Assembly: GCF_046119375.1 (NCBI RefSeq)
Contig: NW_027362916.1
Coordinates: forward strand, 1,736,001-1,800,000
Origin: Phyllobates terribilis
Lineage: Eukaryota
Direction: 5' to 3'
DNA length: 64,000 bases
A model generated the notes under the pieces. The model searched no databases, was not told where the DNA came from, and saw only the letters and a list, made by a program, of their open reading frames with translations. How positions within the stretch are numbered: position 1 is the stretch's first letter; each line of letters begins with the position of its first letter. The position numbers were made by a program, and so were the translations under genes. Below are positions 12,601-24,478 of the stretch, piece by piece.

Positions 12601-15600
12601 CTTTCTTTTTTTCAATCAGATAATTTTTATTTAACAAAAGAAAGACCAACATTTTGTTTTTGTCATATAAACTCTGTGAAAAAAAAATAAAAAGAAAGAA
12701 AACCAGTAAACAATACAACAACTGGTTTACAATGATATAAAACCCAATATTACTCTATAGTACAAGGTTTTGGAACAGTAATTTTACATTTGTACATAAA
12801 TATCTGAATACTTCCTGACTGCTTTTTTTTCCCTATTGGGACATCAAAAGGAAAAGAATATCTCTAAGAAGGGGCAATTGTGTGGACTGAGACAATTATT
12901 ATTTGCGGACACCTTAGGTATCAGGATATAAATTCCTGGTTTACTGCAGGGATATGTACAAATGGTCCAGTATAGTATTTCTGAAGAAATACCTGGGGTA
13001 ATTAACCATGTGTATGGATTTCTTGAGAGCGTTCCTTTAATATAAGCTCCACTTTCCAAGCATAGAGTGTTTTTTATCCTGGATTTTAGTTCTGTTATCG
13101 TTGGGGGAGAATTGTCTATCCAATGTAGTGCCAACAACGTTCTGGCTTGGAATAATATTCCTGAGCTATCTATTGCCATATGGTAGTCAGGATCTACATC
13201 CTCTCTCAGGAGTCCTAGGATACAGATTTTAGGTTCCAACTGAACTTGTATCCCAAATACAGATAGTACAAGAGCGATCACTCCCTTCCAGTAGTCACCA
13301 ATATTTACACATTCCCACATCATATGCATCAAGTGGGCGTCCTTTTGACCACATCTAGGACATGTGTCCTCCATTTGTATTTCAATTTTAAATAAAATAC
13401 TTGGGGGTCTATATACTCTATGAATGAGAAGAATTCGGGACAATCTTTGTGACTCTGATAATGAAAGTTTCAGTGTCAAATCCAGTATTTCCCCCATTGC
13501 TCCTCAGATAAGGGACCCTCACCCCCTCCCATGTCTTATCTATCAAAAGATAGTTATCCAAATGTAGGGCCAGTAATTGCCTATAAATAAGGGTTAATAG
13601 ACCTTTTGTATCCAACGATGTAGTAATGGTGTCTATTGGGTGATGTCAATCAGTATGGCGTTTATTCTAGTTGTGTACTATATGCAAGATGTATTTGAAG
13701 ATGTTGATAAAACACCCTATGCGGAAGGTTAAAACCTGCCTTTATTTGTTCAAAGCTCTTGAATAATCCATCCCTCAAGAGTTGTGACACCAAACATATA
13801 CCCCTATCCTTCCACTCACTAACATTTTTTAGTTTATGTAGCTCTGGTAAGTTATAGCTGTGCCATAAAGGAGTATAATTTGTGTACTTTCCAATTCACA
13901 GAATATTTTTACCCCTATCCCGCGCCTTATATGTTAACTTTAGTGTACGACATTTTAAGTCATTTTCTCGAGGAGGCCCCATATCTAGTACCGAGAATGG
14001 AAGCTTCCACTTGGTTCCTTCCATAAGTAGGTGCCCTGAAATTACACAATATTTTCAAGTACCCCATCCATGAAACTACTTTAGCTCCCTTCTAGTGTTA
14101 AGCAGATCTACATATACCTGGAGAGAAGCAGATCATTTATGTTGTTTGTCAAGTAGATCAATCCGCTCAAGCAAATGGGAGACTAGCTGTTCTCTCCTTT
14201 TTTTAGCCTTTATCTATGTTTTATTATTATCCCTCTGAGGACACATGTGAGTGCTTCCCATTTAAATGGTAAGGCAGTTTCATCATGCTCATATATTTGA
14301 AGGAGCCTATAGTCTCAAGAAGGTCTGAGACACAGAGCGAGTCTTTCAGCAGATTATCATTTAGGTTCCTACATCTGAATCCTTGGTGGAGTCCGGCATA
14401 GTCAGATTACAATATACAGGAGCATGATCTGACCATACAGCAGTTCCTACCTGACATGTAGGTTGCCATGTAGGCAAGTGACGGCTAATTAAGAAAAGGA
14501 CTATATGGCTATGCATATTGTGTAAAGGAGAATAGTAGGTATAATCCTTTACGTCGGGATGTAGTATCCTCCATACATCGCCCGGTTGAGATCAAAGCAC
14601 AATTAGCAAAACTTTTGTTTGTGTTTTAGATTGGTGACTCCAGCCCAGGGACGCGTCTAAAGAAGGATCCAAGACAAAATTAAAGTCACCTCCAATGATG
14701 ATAAGGTCCTCCACAAAATATTTTAGTTTAAGTAATCACGGCATGCCTTAATTTGGTCACAATTAGGGAGATAGAAGTTTTCTAAAGTCAAAATTTTTAG
14801 TAGATGGAGATCTTAACAAACACGAACCTCCTCTCCGTGTCAGACAGTGTTTCTACAATAGTATGCGGCAGTGATCTGTGGCAGCTAATACTCAGGACCT
14901 TAGACTTCAAAACTGCATTTTTCTGGGACGCCAAGATGAATAATATCTATTAATAATCTGAGGTACAGTATATGATCGCCTCTAAAGTGTGACTCCTGAA
15001 GAAAGAGAAAATGTACGTGCTGTTTATTCCTATGATAAAACACTTGAGCTCCTTTCTCTGGAACATTAAGTCCTCTGACATTCAATGAACAAGTTTTGAG
15101 TTGTGCCATATTATATGAAAAAAAGGGGGAATGGAAGAGAGAAAGGTTAAGAGAAAAGAGGAAGTATAGACGGTAGATAGTAACGTCTACCTCTCAGTGT
15201 CTAAGAAGTATAGATTATGAATATATCAAAACAGTAGGAAATTGCGAAACAAGCAGATCCCAATGCAAGTCCCTAACTGGGGGTTGTCTTTACAGGCGTA
15301 AGTCAAACTTTCAGTTCTAGGATTCCTATTAGGGGGAACCATGGAATATAAAGCAAGTAATGTAATACAGCCTGATATTACAGTAGTATCATGTGAACTC
15401 AACTTATATGCTGGTCTAAGATCTTATATGAACTTAGACATTCTATATAGCGGAAGAGTGGCTCCTAATGCTCTATTTAGATATATCTAATTATATGCTT
15501 AAAGAAATAAGTAAGCATCTGCAAACTGTCTCTCATCAGGGAGACAAGATTCATTTCAGGAGCTCATATGATTAGCAGGTTCCTTTCCCATCTGTCTGCG

Positions 15601-16850
15601 TCACCATCAAGTTCCTGATCCATTGAACACCTTCTGTGACGTGCTGGAACTCTCTGGGGCAATGGTGGAGCAGGTGGCCAGTCAGATATATGGAATGTCC
15701 AGGGCATCACAAACAGGTCTCATGTTGCTTGGATCTTTGAAAATATACAACTGTAATGGGTACCCCCAGGAGTACATCAGGCCATTTTCCCGGATGGCAT
15801 CAAGTAATGGTTTCAATACCCTTCTTTTAGCAAGTGTCATTCAGGATAGATATGTGAGCAATTATATGCGTTTTCCATTGAAATCACCAGGATCCAACTC
15901 CTCTGCTTTCCTCACAATGGCCTCTTTTACATTGAAAAAATGTATGCGACAGATAATGTCCCTTGGACACTCAGGATCTGGGCCATGATTGCCTATTGTA
16001 CGGTGCGCCTTTTAAATTTCGACCTCCTTATCAATAGGATCACCAAGAATATTAGTGAATAATGATCGCAGTGTTGGCATAATCACTTGTGCATTGATGC
16101 TTTCAGGTATACCCCTTATCCAGATATTATTGTGATTTTCTTGATCATCAACCATATTAAACAGGTGGTTTATTTACTGGCTGTGAAGATCCAGTGTTAG
16201 TTTCTGAGCATTATGATGGCCTCTAACTTGGACGACATTATCCTCTAATCTCTGTACCTTGTCAGTAAGCTGTGACAGGATAGAAGTGAGGGGACGTATT
16301 TCAGTATTGGATGTGGTCTCCAGACTCTGAATATATTGCTCCATATCTTCTTTAGTAGGGATAGACGCAATCTGATATACAAATCAGTTATGTTGTTCCC
16401 CATATCAGAATAACCTGTGGCTGGGGGGTAAATGTCCCTGTGAAGCAAGCACTGCTCAGCAGGGGGGCTTTGGTGAGAGTACAGGGAGATTTGTGGAGCT
16501 GTTTTCCTGTGAGGCCTACATTAAGAGAGAAGTTGGAGCAGGACTTACAGGCTGGAGCTGCCTGGCATCATGAGGGTTAAGACTGCTTCTTTTTCCATGC
16601 TGAGGTGAGGCAGTAATAGCTCCGGAGCAGGAAGATAAGACCTTCCATAAGAAACGCTGCATACCAGACATGCTGACATAGGTGGAGGACCTCAGATTAA
16701 ACTCTGATCTCTTCTTTCTTTCCCATATCGGACAGCATGTTTGAGGCTGTAAATTGCTTATAATTCCCCCAGGAACACGGTCTGAAGAGAGTGCATTCAG
16801 TGTGTGCATTCTCTTGGTGCTATGTCCAGGCCATGTCCTTCCTGTTGATG
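12601..16850 (-). mobile_element. L1-clade LINE with 5' region, ORF1 remnant, ORF2 endonuclease and C-terminal CCHC, but RT internally deleted; 5' boundary approximate
   Basis: ORF2 start MAQLKTCSLNVRGLN (15109), C-terminal CPRCGQKDAHLMHMMWEC (13497-12844 ORF), and AATAAA plus an A-rich tail near 12601-12630. Confidence 0.8.
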
Positions 16851-16976
16851 TACAATACGTCTGAAGGTGGCGGTGATTGGGAGCAGGATTGTGTGATGTA
16901 ACAATCTTGTGTGATGTAAAATCCTTACGGAAACGCGATGGAAAAAGCGCCAGAACAGGGAGTGCGTATGTGTGTT

Positions 16977-16982
16977 TTTATT
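16977..16982 (-). terminator. Candidate polyadenylation signal (AATAAA) of ZNF gene 2
   Basis: AATAAA on the minus strand about 160 nt after the stop codon. Confidence 0.45.
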
Positions 16983-17142
16983 TTAACAAGGCCAAACATA
17001 AGGAATGAGAAGGAGTTGTCCTAGTAGTGGACAACCCCTTTATGAAGATACAATTTTTGGTTAAAAATGAAAAAGGCTTCTCCCCTGTGTGATTTCACTG
17101 AAGTTTGTTAAGAGTTGATTTCCGTGTAAAACATTTCCCACA

Positions 17143-18833
17143 TTAAGAACATGAAAATGGCTTCTCGTCTGTGTGAGTTCTCTGGTGACTAAGAAGTGAT
17201 TTCTTCACAAAAAATTTCCCACATTCTGAATAGGAAAAAGGTTTCTCCCCTGTGTGAGTTCTCTGGTGCTTAACCAAATCTGATTTATCTTTAAAACATT
17301 TCCCACATTCTGAACAGGAAAAAGGTTTCTCCCCTGTGTGAGTTCTCTGGTGCTTAACCAAATCCGATTTCTGGATAAAACATTTCCCACATTCTGAACA
17401 GGAAAAAGGCTTCTCCCCTGTGTGAGTTCTCTGGTGATTAACCAAATCGGATTTATGGTTAAAACATTTCCCACATTCTGAACAGCAAAAAGGCTTCTCC
17501 CCTGTGTGAATTCGCTGGTGCTTAACCAAATCTGATTTCTGGTTAAAACATTTCCCACATTCTGAACAAAAAAAAGGCTTCTCCCCTGTGTGAGTTCTGT
17601 TGTGCTTAACCAAAACTGATTTATCTTTAAAACATTTCCCACATTCTGAACAGCAAAAAGGTTTCTCCCCTGTGTGAGTTCTCTGGTGCTTAACCAAATC
17701 CGATTTCAGGTTAAAACATTTCCCACATTCTGAACAGGAAAAAGGCTTTTCCCCTGTGTGAGTTCTCTGGTGATTAACCAAATCTGATTTCTGGTTAAAA
17801 CATTTCCCACATTCTGAACAGCAAAAAGGCTTCTCCCCTGTGTGAATTCTCTGGTGCTTAACCAAATCTGATTTCCAGCTAAAACATTTTCCACATTCTG
17901 AACAGGAAAAAGGCTTCTCATGTGTGTGAGTTCTCTGGTGCTTAACCAAATCTGATTTCTGGTTAAAACATTTCCCACATTCTGAACAGGAAAAAGGCTT
18001 CTCCCCTGTGTGAGTTCTCTTGTGCTTAACCAAACCTGATTTCCGGCTACAACATTTTCCACATTCTGAACAGGAAAAAGGCTTCTCCCCTGTGTGAGTT
18101 CTCTTGTGCTTAACCAAATCTGATTTCCGGCTAAAGCATTTTCCACATTCTGAACAGGAAAAAGGCTTCTCCCCTGTGTGAGTTCTCTTGTGCTTAACCA
18201 AATCTGATTTCTGGTTAAAACATTTCCCACATTCTGAACAGGAAAAAGGCTTCTCCTCTGTGTGAGTTCTCTTGTGTTTAACCAAACCTGATTTCCGGCT
18301 AAAACATTTTCCACATTTTGAACAGGAAAAAGGCTTCTCCCCTGTGTGAGTTATCTGATGTCTGATTAAACTTGATTTCTCTGTAAAACAATTTCCACTT
18401 TCTGAACAAGAAAATGGCTTCTCCTCTGTGTGACTTCTCTGGTGATTAACAAGATTTGATTTCTGGTTAAAAAATTTCCCACAGTTGAAACAAAAAAATC
18501 TATTCTCCGCTGTGTAAATGCTTTGATGTTTAAGAAAAGACTTTTCGAGGGAAAAACTATTTCCATATTCTGAACATGAAAATGGCTTCTTTGCTTTAGG
18601 AGCAATTTGTTTTTTAATGCTTATTTTGTGACTTTGATTTTCCTTAGTAGTCGGTAATGAATCAGAAGACAGGACCTGTTTCAAAGGATCAAATGACAGA
18701 TCTTTGCTGGAAAAGGATGATGGTATATCTGGGTTAATGGCATTCACTTCAATTGTATCCTGTGGGATCTCAAGATCATCTGATTTAAAAATTGAAGATG
18801 TCAGCTGTCCCTCTGATCTCCTGGTACAGTCAT
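17143..18833 (-). CDS. Zinc-finger exon of ZNF gene 2 (17 finger repeats, 14 with intact C2H2 ligands)
   Basis: Repeated [26 protein letters not shown] units; acceptor TTCTTAGCAG at 18834. Confidence 0.95.
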
Positions 18834-21800
18834 CTGCTAAGAATAAAACCAATTATTATTCATGAATAACATATCCTTAAAATTTATATTGTTGAATATT
18901 TCTACTTAAACTCTCCGTAAAAATGTACTTTATGTAAAAGTATCATTATTTACCAAGAAAACATCACAGAAAAATCAGCTTTACCAACACCAAATCAGAT
19001 AACAAATGCATTAGCATTTTAGTGTTCGTTGGGTGTACTGGGGTGTCTGTCCATGTGGGGTGCACTTATATAGTGCTGGGCAGCCTTCCTGATGTAATAG
19101 TATGGGCATCATCACTATCCTAAGCCAGACACTGTGCATCAAACCTACCTGTGTGACTGGCGTCCTATGCAAGCTTCATCTGTGTGCATCTTTAATACTA
19201 GGCAACCACACCCTCCATGAATTGGTACGATTATTGGTGTTAGTAAGGCTGTATCTTTTTCTGTGATTTTTTTTAAATTTTGCCCTATGTTAGCCATCAT
19301 TATTCATCAGGACAATAACATTTCACAGTCTAATAGAAAACCTCATAGGATGAACCAGTAGAGCGTGGTGTCCAACTGTTAGTTCAGTCTGCCTCCAAAA
19401 TATGGAATAAAAAGCCACCAAACAATGTTATGTAGGCAAAAATAATATCAATAAAAACTTCTACTCATCTCACAAAAAACAAGTCCCCACTCAGGTCCAT
19501 CATCTGTCAATGGAAAACCAGAGGTTTCCACATTATTAGTGGCTCAAAGGCTTTTGAAAAGCAACATGGCTTCCATAAACCAATCCAGCAATATCTGCTC
19601 TCCCTAAATCAGATCTCCCCCTCACTTCTGAGCCTTGCAGTGTGCCCAAAACACATTGTGCATCTATGTATCTGACATTACTATAGTGAGAAGAACCCAC
19701 TTAATTGATGGTGTGTGTCTCCTGGAGCACAATCTGGGCACTATGTGTTGGGGAATGAAATTATAAATTTGTAATTTTCACTCTCCAACATCCACTGCGT
19801 GCTAATTTCCGGAAAGGGCCTGTGGAGTCAAAATAGTCACTACTCCTATAGATTAATTCACTGAGGGTTATAATTTCCAAAATGGAGTCACTTTATGGGG
19901 ATTTCTACTGCTCTGGTTTTCTGCAATTTGGTCACATGGTGGGTCCCATCTCCTCTGGGATCTGCTCCTGTGACGTCTGCTTCTGTCACCAGAAGCCGCC
20001 TTATTCATCCTGCAGACGGCGCTGGTGATGGAGGAGACGTCAGAACCAGAAGCTCTGGGCGGCCCAGGCCCTGTCCAGCCACTAAGATTAGGTTGCCTGG
20101 GTCCTGTAGTCCCATCCAGTCTGGCAGTATGGGTGTGTGTGCTGTCCAGCTGGAGTAATCTGCTCCCTGCTTCAGCCATTTGGAGAGCACCACACCCTAC
20201 TAAAGCTGGAAGGATATTGCCGGAAGCTGCCAGATACAGCCTTGTTCTCCTCTGGTTCAGTCCTCTGTGCTCAGCTCCCAGCTTGTGTATTTGTTTCCTG
20301 TTGTGACCTCGGCCCGTTTACTGACTACTCTTGTGTGATTTTGTATTTTCTCTGACCCCCTGGTTCTGACCCGGCTATCTGACTATTCTTCTTGCCATCT
20401 CACACCACAGAACATTAGGTAACACTGTGGCCCAAGCTCAGGGGGGTCTCTGTCTAAGTCCAAACACATGTAGAGGGGTTAAAGGATGATGAGCAAAGCA
20501 AACCCAGGGATCTGGAAAATGGAGTAGATAACGCCAAGCCAGTTTTGGTAGCCATCTTTTGAGCTGCCAGGTGACCATGAACAGTGTCCCCAATACATTG
20601 TGTCTGCAAACTATCCCAGCAAAATCTGCATTCAAATAGCTAAATGTCGCTCCTTCCCTTCTTAACCTGCCATGTGCCCAGACAGTAGTATACAACCGTA
20701 TATAAGGTATTGTCGGATTCAAGAGAAGGTGGAAAATAATTTCTAAGGTCCATTTGTTTCCTATTATCCTTTGTGAAGAATTCCAAAGTTATCACCATAT
20801 AATCTGACACACGTCAGATTTAAAAAAGAGGCCCTGATAAGAACACAAAACTGGCTGCGGGAAGGGGTTAAATCAGAGTATTTTGGGAACTAACTACTAT
20901 AGTCAAAACTGTGACTATAGACAATAACACATCTACTGAAATGATCAAACTCAACAGTCTCCATCAGTAAATAGTGAGTAACTAGCGGTGAAACCTCTCT
21001 GGGGTAATTAGAGTATGGGGCTCGGTGGCTCTTGGCAATCTAAACTATCGTAAGGGACAATATTTTCTGTCAGATGAGTTTCAAGAAGAAATATTAGACA
21101 TTCAAAGAGAACTTTTTATAATAGTGCAGAGATGAGGAGTCTTAAATTTAGCTTAGAGATATATGGTGGCACAGGTGTAATGTTTTTTCTTGTTTAGTTT
21201 ATTACAAGCCTGTTTGAAGTTAGTCGGTTTTAAAAGAAATTGAACAGTCAGGATAAAGGGAAACTCTGCTGTTATTGTACATAAATTCACACTTGGCCTC
21301 ACTGCACATTTAATGTTGTAGATCATAAATGTGAAGTTTGGCCAGAAAGACTGGAAGTGGTCTTGTAGGGACCATATGAGGACATTCAGCAGCACAGAAG
21401 GGAAAGAAGGTAGATTCATCCAATAAGATATCAGGGTTCTAGGAAGCCAACAGCATCATTACCCTCCACTTTCTCTTACAGATCCATCATAATATTATTC
21501 TTCAAGTGATTTTCTGGCTTTGTGGTTTACAGATTTGGGCAGGTAGCGTCTCCTAATCACAGTGAGTAGGTGGATCCTCCAGGTTGTAAGTTCTATGGAA
21601 AAGGGTTTCAATGCCCAAAATCATTTGAACAGTTTTGGGTGGAAGAGAATGTTGTGGTTTAGAGCCAAAATGGTGATCACACGATTGTGATACAGCCGGA
21701 CTACACAACCGATAAAGCAGCCACAGCCGGTGACTGAGAAGAATCTGTGACTTCTCTGCATTTAGTGGTCAGTACTCACCTGGGTAGCCATATGTAGGAA

Positions 21801-22854
21801 TCTCCTCTTTACACCACTCATCACCCCTTACATATGCCTCTATAGCATTAATATGGGTGAGATCTTCACCCTGAAACAAATATTGTAAAAGTCACAAACA
21901 GATGAGAAGTCACATCTATGATCAACTCTAATCCTGCCATCTCCCCCGTTCTCATTACACAAGTATAAAACACATAATATTGGTGGATAAAACAAGACTG
22001 AACACAAGACCTTCACAGTCGTCTACACATCATAGGGGAGATCTCATGACACCTTCTCTCCATCTACCTGATGATCCTGAGGAACATTGGGATCTTCTTG
22101 TTTACAGTCCTGTGGAAGAAGAGGATGGGGACATCTGTCTGGTGTTGTCCTCTTATTGGATAGATCTGGAAGAAACACATACAGTCGCGGAATTTATTCT
22201 TTACATACAGATAATTATGGGCTGTGTGTATTTAGTCCTGTCTATTACCTGGTGATGTGAGGGGCTGGGGAACCTCCATCATGACGTCTTTGTACAAATC
22301 TTTGTGTCCTTCTAAATACTCCCACTCCTCCATGGAGAAATAGACAGCGACATCCTGACATCTTATAGGAACCTGACACATACAATGATACAGTCATCCC
22401 CCCGATCCTTTCATAGCATTACTGTATACAGTCCCAGCATTCGAAGCAGTGTCACCTCTCCAGTCAGCAGCTCAATCATCTCGTAGGTGAGTTCTACGAT
22501 CTTCTGGTCATTGATGTCCTCATGTATAAAGGGGTGAGATGGAGGCCCTGTGATTGAGCTCAGGGGTCTTTCCCATCCCTCAGACACATGGACCTGACAG
22601 CGCTCACTAGAGGTCTTCACTAATATGTAATCCTGGTTATGGAGAGACACATTAATAAATCTCACTACAGACATTTCCAGAGTCCTCACCTCTCCAGTTC
22701 TGTCCATCTGTTATTCCCATATATAAGAATGATGCAATGTGACGTCATCAGAATCTCTCACCTCTCCAGTAAGACGAAAGAGGATCTCTAGGGTGAGGTT
22801 TAATATCCTCTCTGCCATCTTGTCTCTATCCATATCCATCTTTGATGGGTCCAT
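17143..22854 (-). CDS. ZNF gene 2: KRAB-A-like C2H2 zinc-finger protein (oocyte/gastrula zinc finger XlCOF/XlCGF-like), 757 aa; exons 22854-22762, 22632-22456, 22372-22249, 22165-22068, 21870-21780, 18833-17143
   Basis: Six GT-AG exons sum to 2274 nt in one open frame. TGEKP-linked C2H2 repeats fill the last exon. Confidence 0.9.
18950..19295. repeat. Diverged copy of the fold-back repeat family seen at 26276-28330
   Basis: Shares TATAGTGCTGGGCAGCC...CTGTGTGACTGGCG...TGGTGTT(A/G)GTAAGGC with that insertion and has a short inverted head. Confidence 0.7.
19300..20867. mobile_element. Remnant of a piggyBac-like non-autonomous element (right end), probably interrupted by an LTR-like segment at about 19960-20510
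   Basis: Ends AAGGGG|TTAA and shares TTTCCAAAATGG(A/G)GTCACTT with the other piggyBac-like elements. The internal boundaries are approximate. Confidence 0.45.
22249..22372 (-). CDS. KRAB-A-like exon (124 nt) of gene 2; paralog at 4980-5103
   Basis: [33 protein letters not shown] matches the KRAB-A pattern DVAVYFSxEEWxxLxxxxxxLYxDVMxE. Confidence 0.8.
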
Positions 22855-23781
22855 AAGGAAAATTCTCTTAAATAGAAGATCTTCACTGAGAGGATCTGAT
22901 ATTGTGTAATAATACAATTACTGGAGATAATAAGGGGAAACATATGAGGAGATATATTATTTTACAGTATTTAGTTTTCTGCTTTACATCTAGTAATAAA
23001 ACCTATATATTTTAGGCCACATACAACAAGCAGTTTCTTCCTTGGAGTCTGTAGCTGAACACGTTTCTCAAAGACTCATCTTCCATAAAGCTAATTCTCG
23101 TCTCATTTACCGACACTGCAATCGGCATTAGCAATACTTCTGGAGATATTCATTACACGTGACATGAGAAATAACTACTTCATGAGGAGGACGACAACAT
23201 CATCTTCTACTACGGCTCTACAAACATATTTGGCCAGAGTTCTTCACTGACTACATCTCCGCCTGTTGTCTACATGAATGTTTCCCGTCTTCCCCGGATT
23301 GTAATCTTCTATCACGTTAGATCTCATGTCTGATTCACACACAGAAGTTTGAGGCTTTGATACATGGTAAGGTTTTTAATATTAAGCAGAGTAGGACTAT
23401 CCTGAATGGGTTCATCTTGCCCATGGTGGGATAGCTTTCATGCTATTTTTGATCAAAAACAGTGCTACTAAGAACCCTATTTTATTTAAATGCACTTTTG
23501 GTTTTTATTTATTTATTTACAGCAGGGTTTATGATCATTTTTCTTCTTATAGGTTTTTTTCTGATTTATGGCCATAGCAAACATGCATTTATGTGTTGCA
23601 TGGATACCAACTTAAACCAAGCTCAAATTCTGTGTTTTTTCACGGGCACCATAGTGGCCCTGTGGGCTGCTGCTATGGATGATACACCCCTAACTATCCA
23701 ACTATCATATGGTAAAAATCTTATAGGTCCAATATTTATTAGTATCTGCACGAAGAATGGGGCTAAGTGAGTATTTATTAA

Positions 23782-23964
23782 AGGGAATCCACTCCACCGA
23801 CTACCCCACGGCCAGCAAGCATCAGAATCTTCACTGAGTAAAAAGCCATTTCTCAGCAAACAGACCTCTAATATGAGGCATAAAGGTATGTATAGATTCA
23901 CATTTCTATCACCTGTATGCCAATATTAGAGGTCAGATAAGTCCCAGGGGGTGACAGATTCCCT
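23782..23964. mobile_element. Kolobok/T2-type MITE remnant
   Basis: TTAA|AGGGAATC ... GATTCCCT|TTCA termini. Confidence 0.5.
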
Positions 23965-24011
23965 TTCATCAGCCGTGGGGTAATCATAAAACCAGATATG
24001 TATCAAGGTAT

Positions 24012-24478
24012 TCTAAGGTGGTTAATGGTTGTGTAGTCAATGGGAGGCATGGGTCACAGAGATGGATAGTCTCTGTGATGTAACCCGGAGTGTTTCTCTA
24101 GGGCAGATAAGCACTAAGAGGATCGTTTGGTGCACCTGGTCCAGCTACCCACGTACCTCACCTCTGGGTGTGGTTAACAGCCTATAAAATGGAGGCTGTT
24201 GTTTGGCACATGGTCTGTGTATTTGGAGAGAGAAGGCCTCCTGTGTATGTTTGTCTTCAGACCAAGCCAGGACACTGGACACTACCCCAGCTTGTGAGCC
24301 ACACAGGCCTGGCTGAGCAGAGACCTGCTAAGGACATTTACTTTGTTTGCCTGATCTAAAGGCTATTTTCTTTTCTGTCTGGCTTCTGGGTTTATGAAGC
24401 AATAAACCCACATGAACTTTTAAAGGAACATGCCTCCTGTTTTCCTCCTGTCACACCCAAGTGAGTAAAACCTCCACA
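24012..24478 (+). repeat. 5' LTR of Gmr1-type element 1
   Basis: Direct repeat of 30795-31415 without the CR1 insert; starts TC rather than TG and ends CA. Confidence 0.85.

Noticed and set aside
10085-16850. The two L1 pieces as one rearranged element
   Set aside because: Both contain the same post-RT region with different sequence, which indicates separate insertions.
17205-18605. Alternative-frame ORFs over the finger array
   Set aside because: They are shadows of the 84-bp finger repeat.
17143-22854. PRDM9 identity
   Set aside because: No SSXRD or PR/SET exons were found between the KRAB-like exon and the finger exon.
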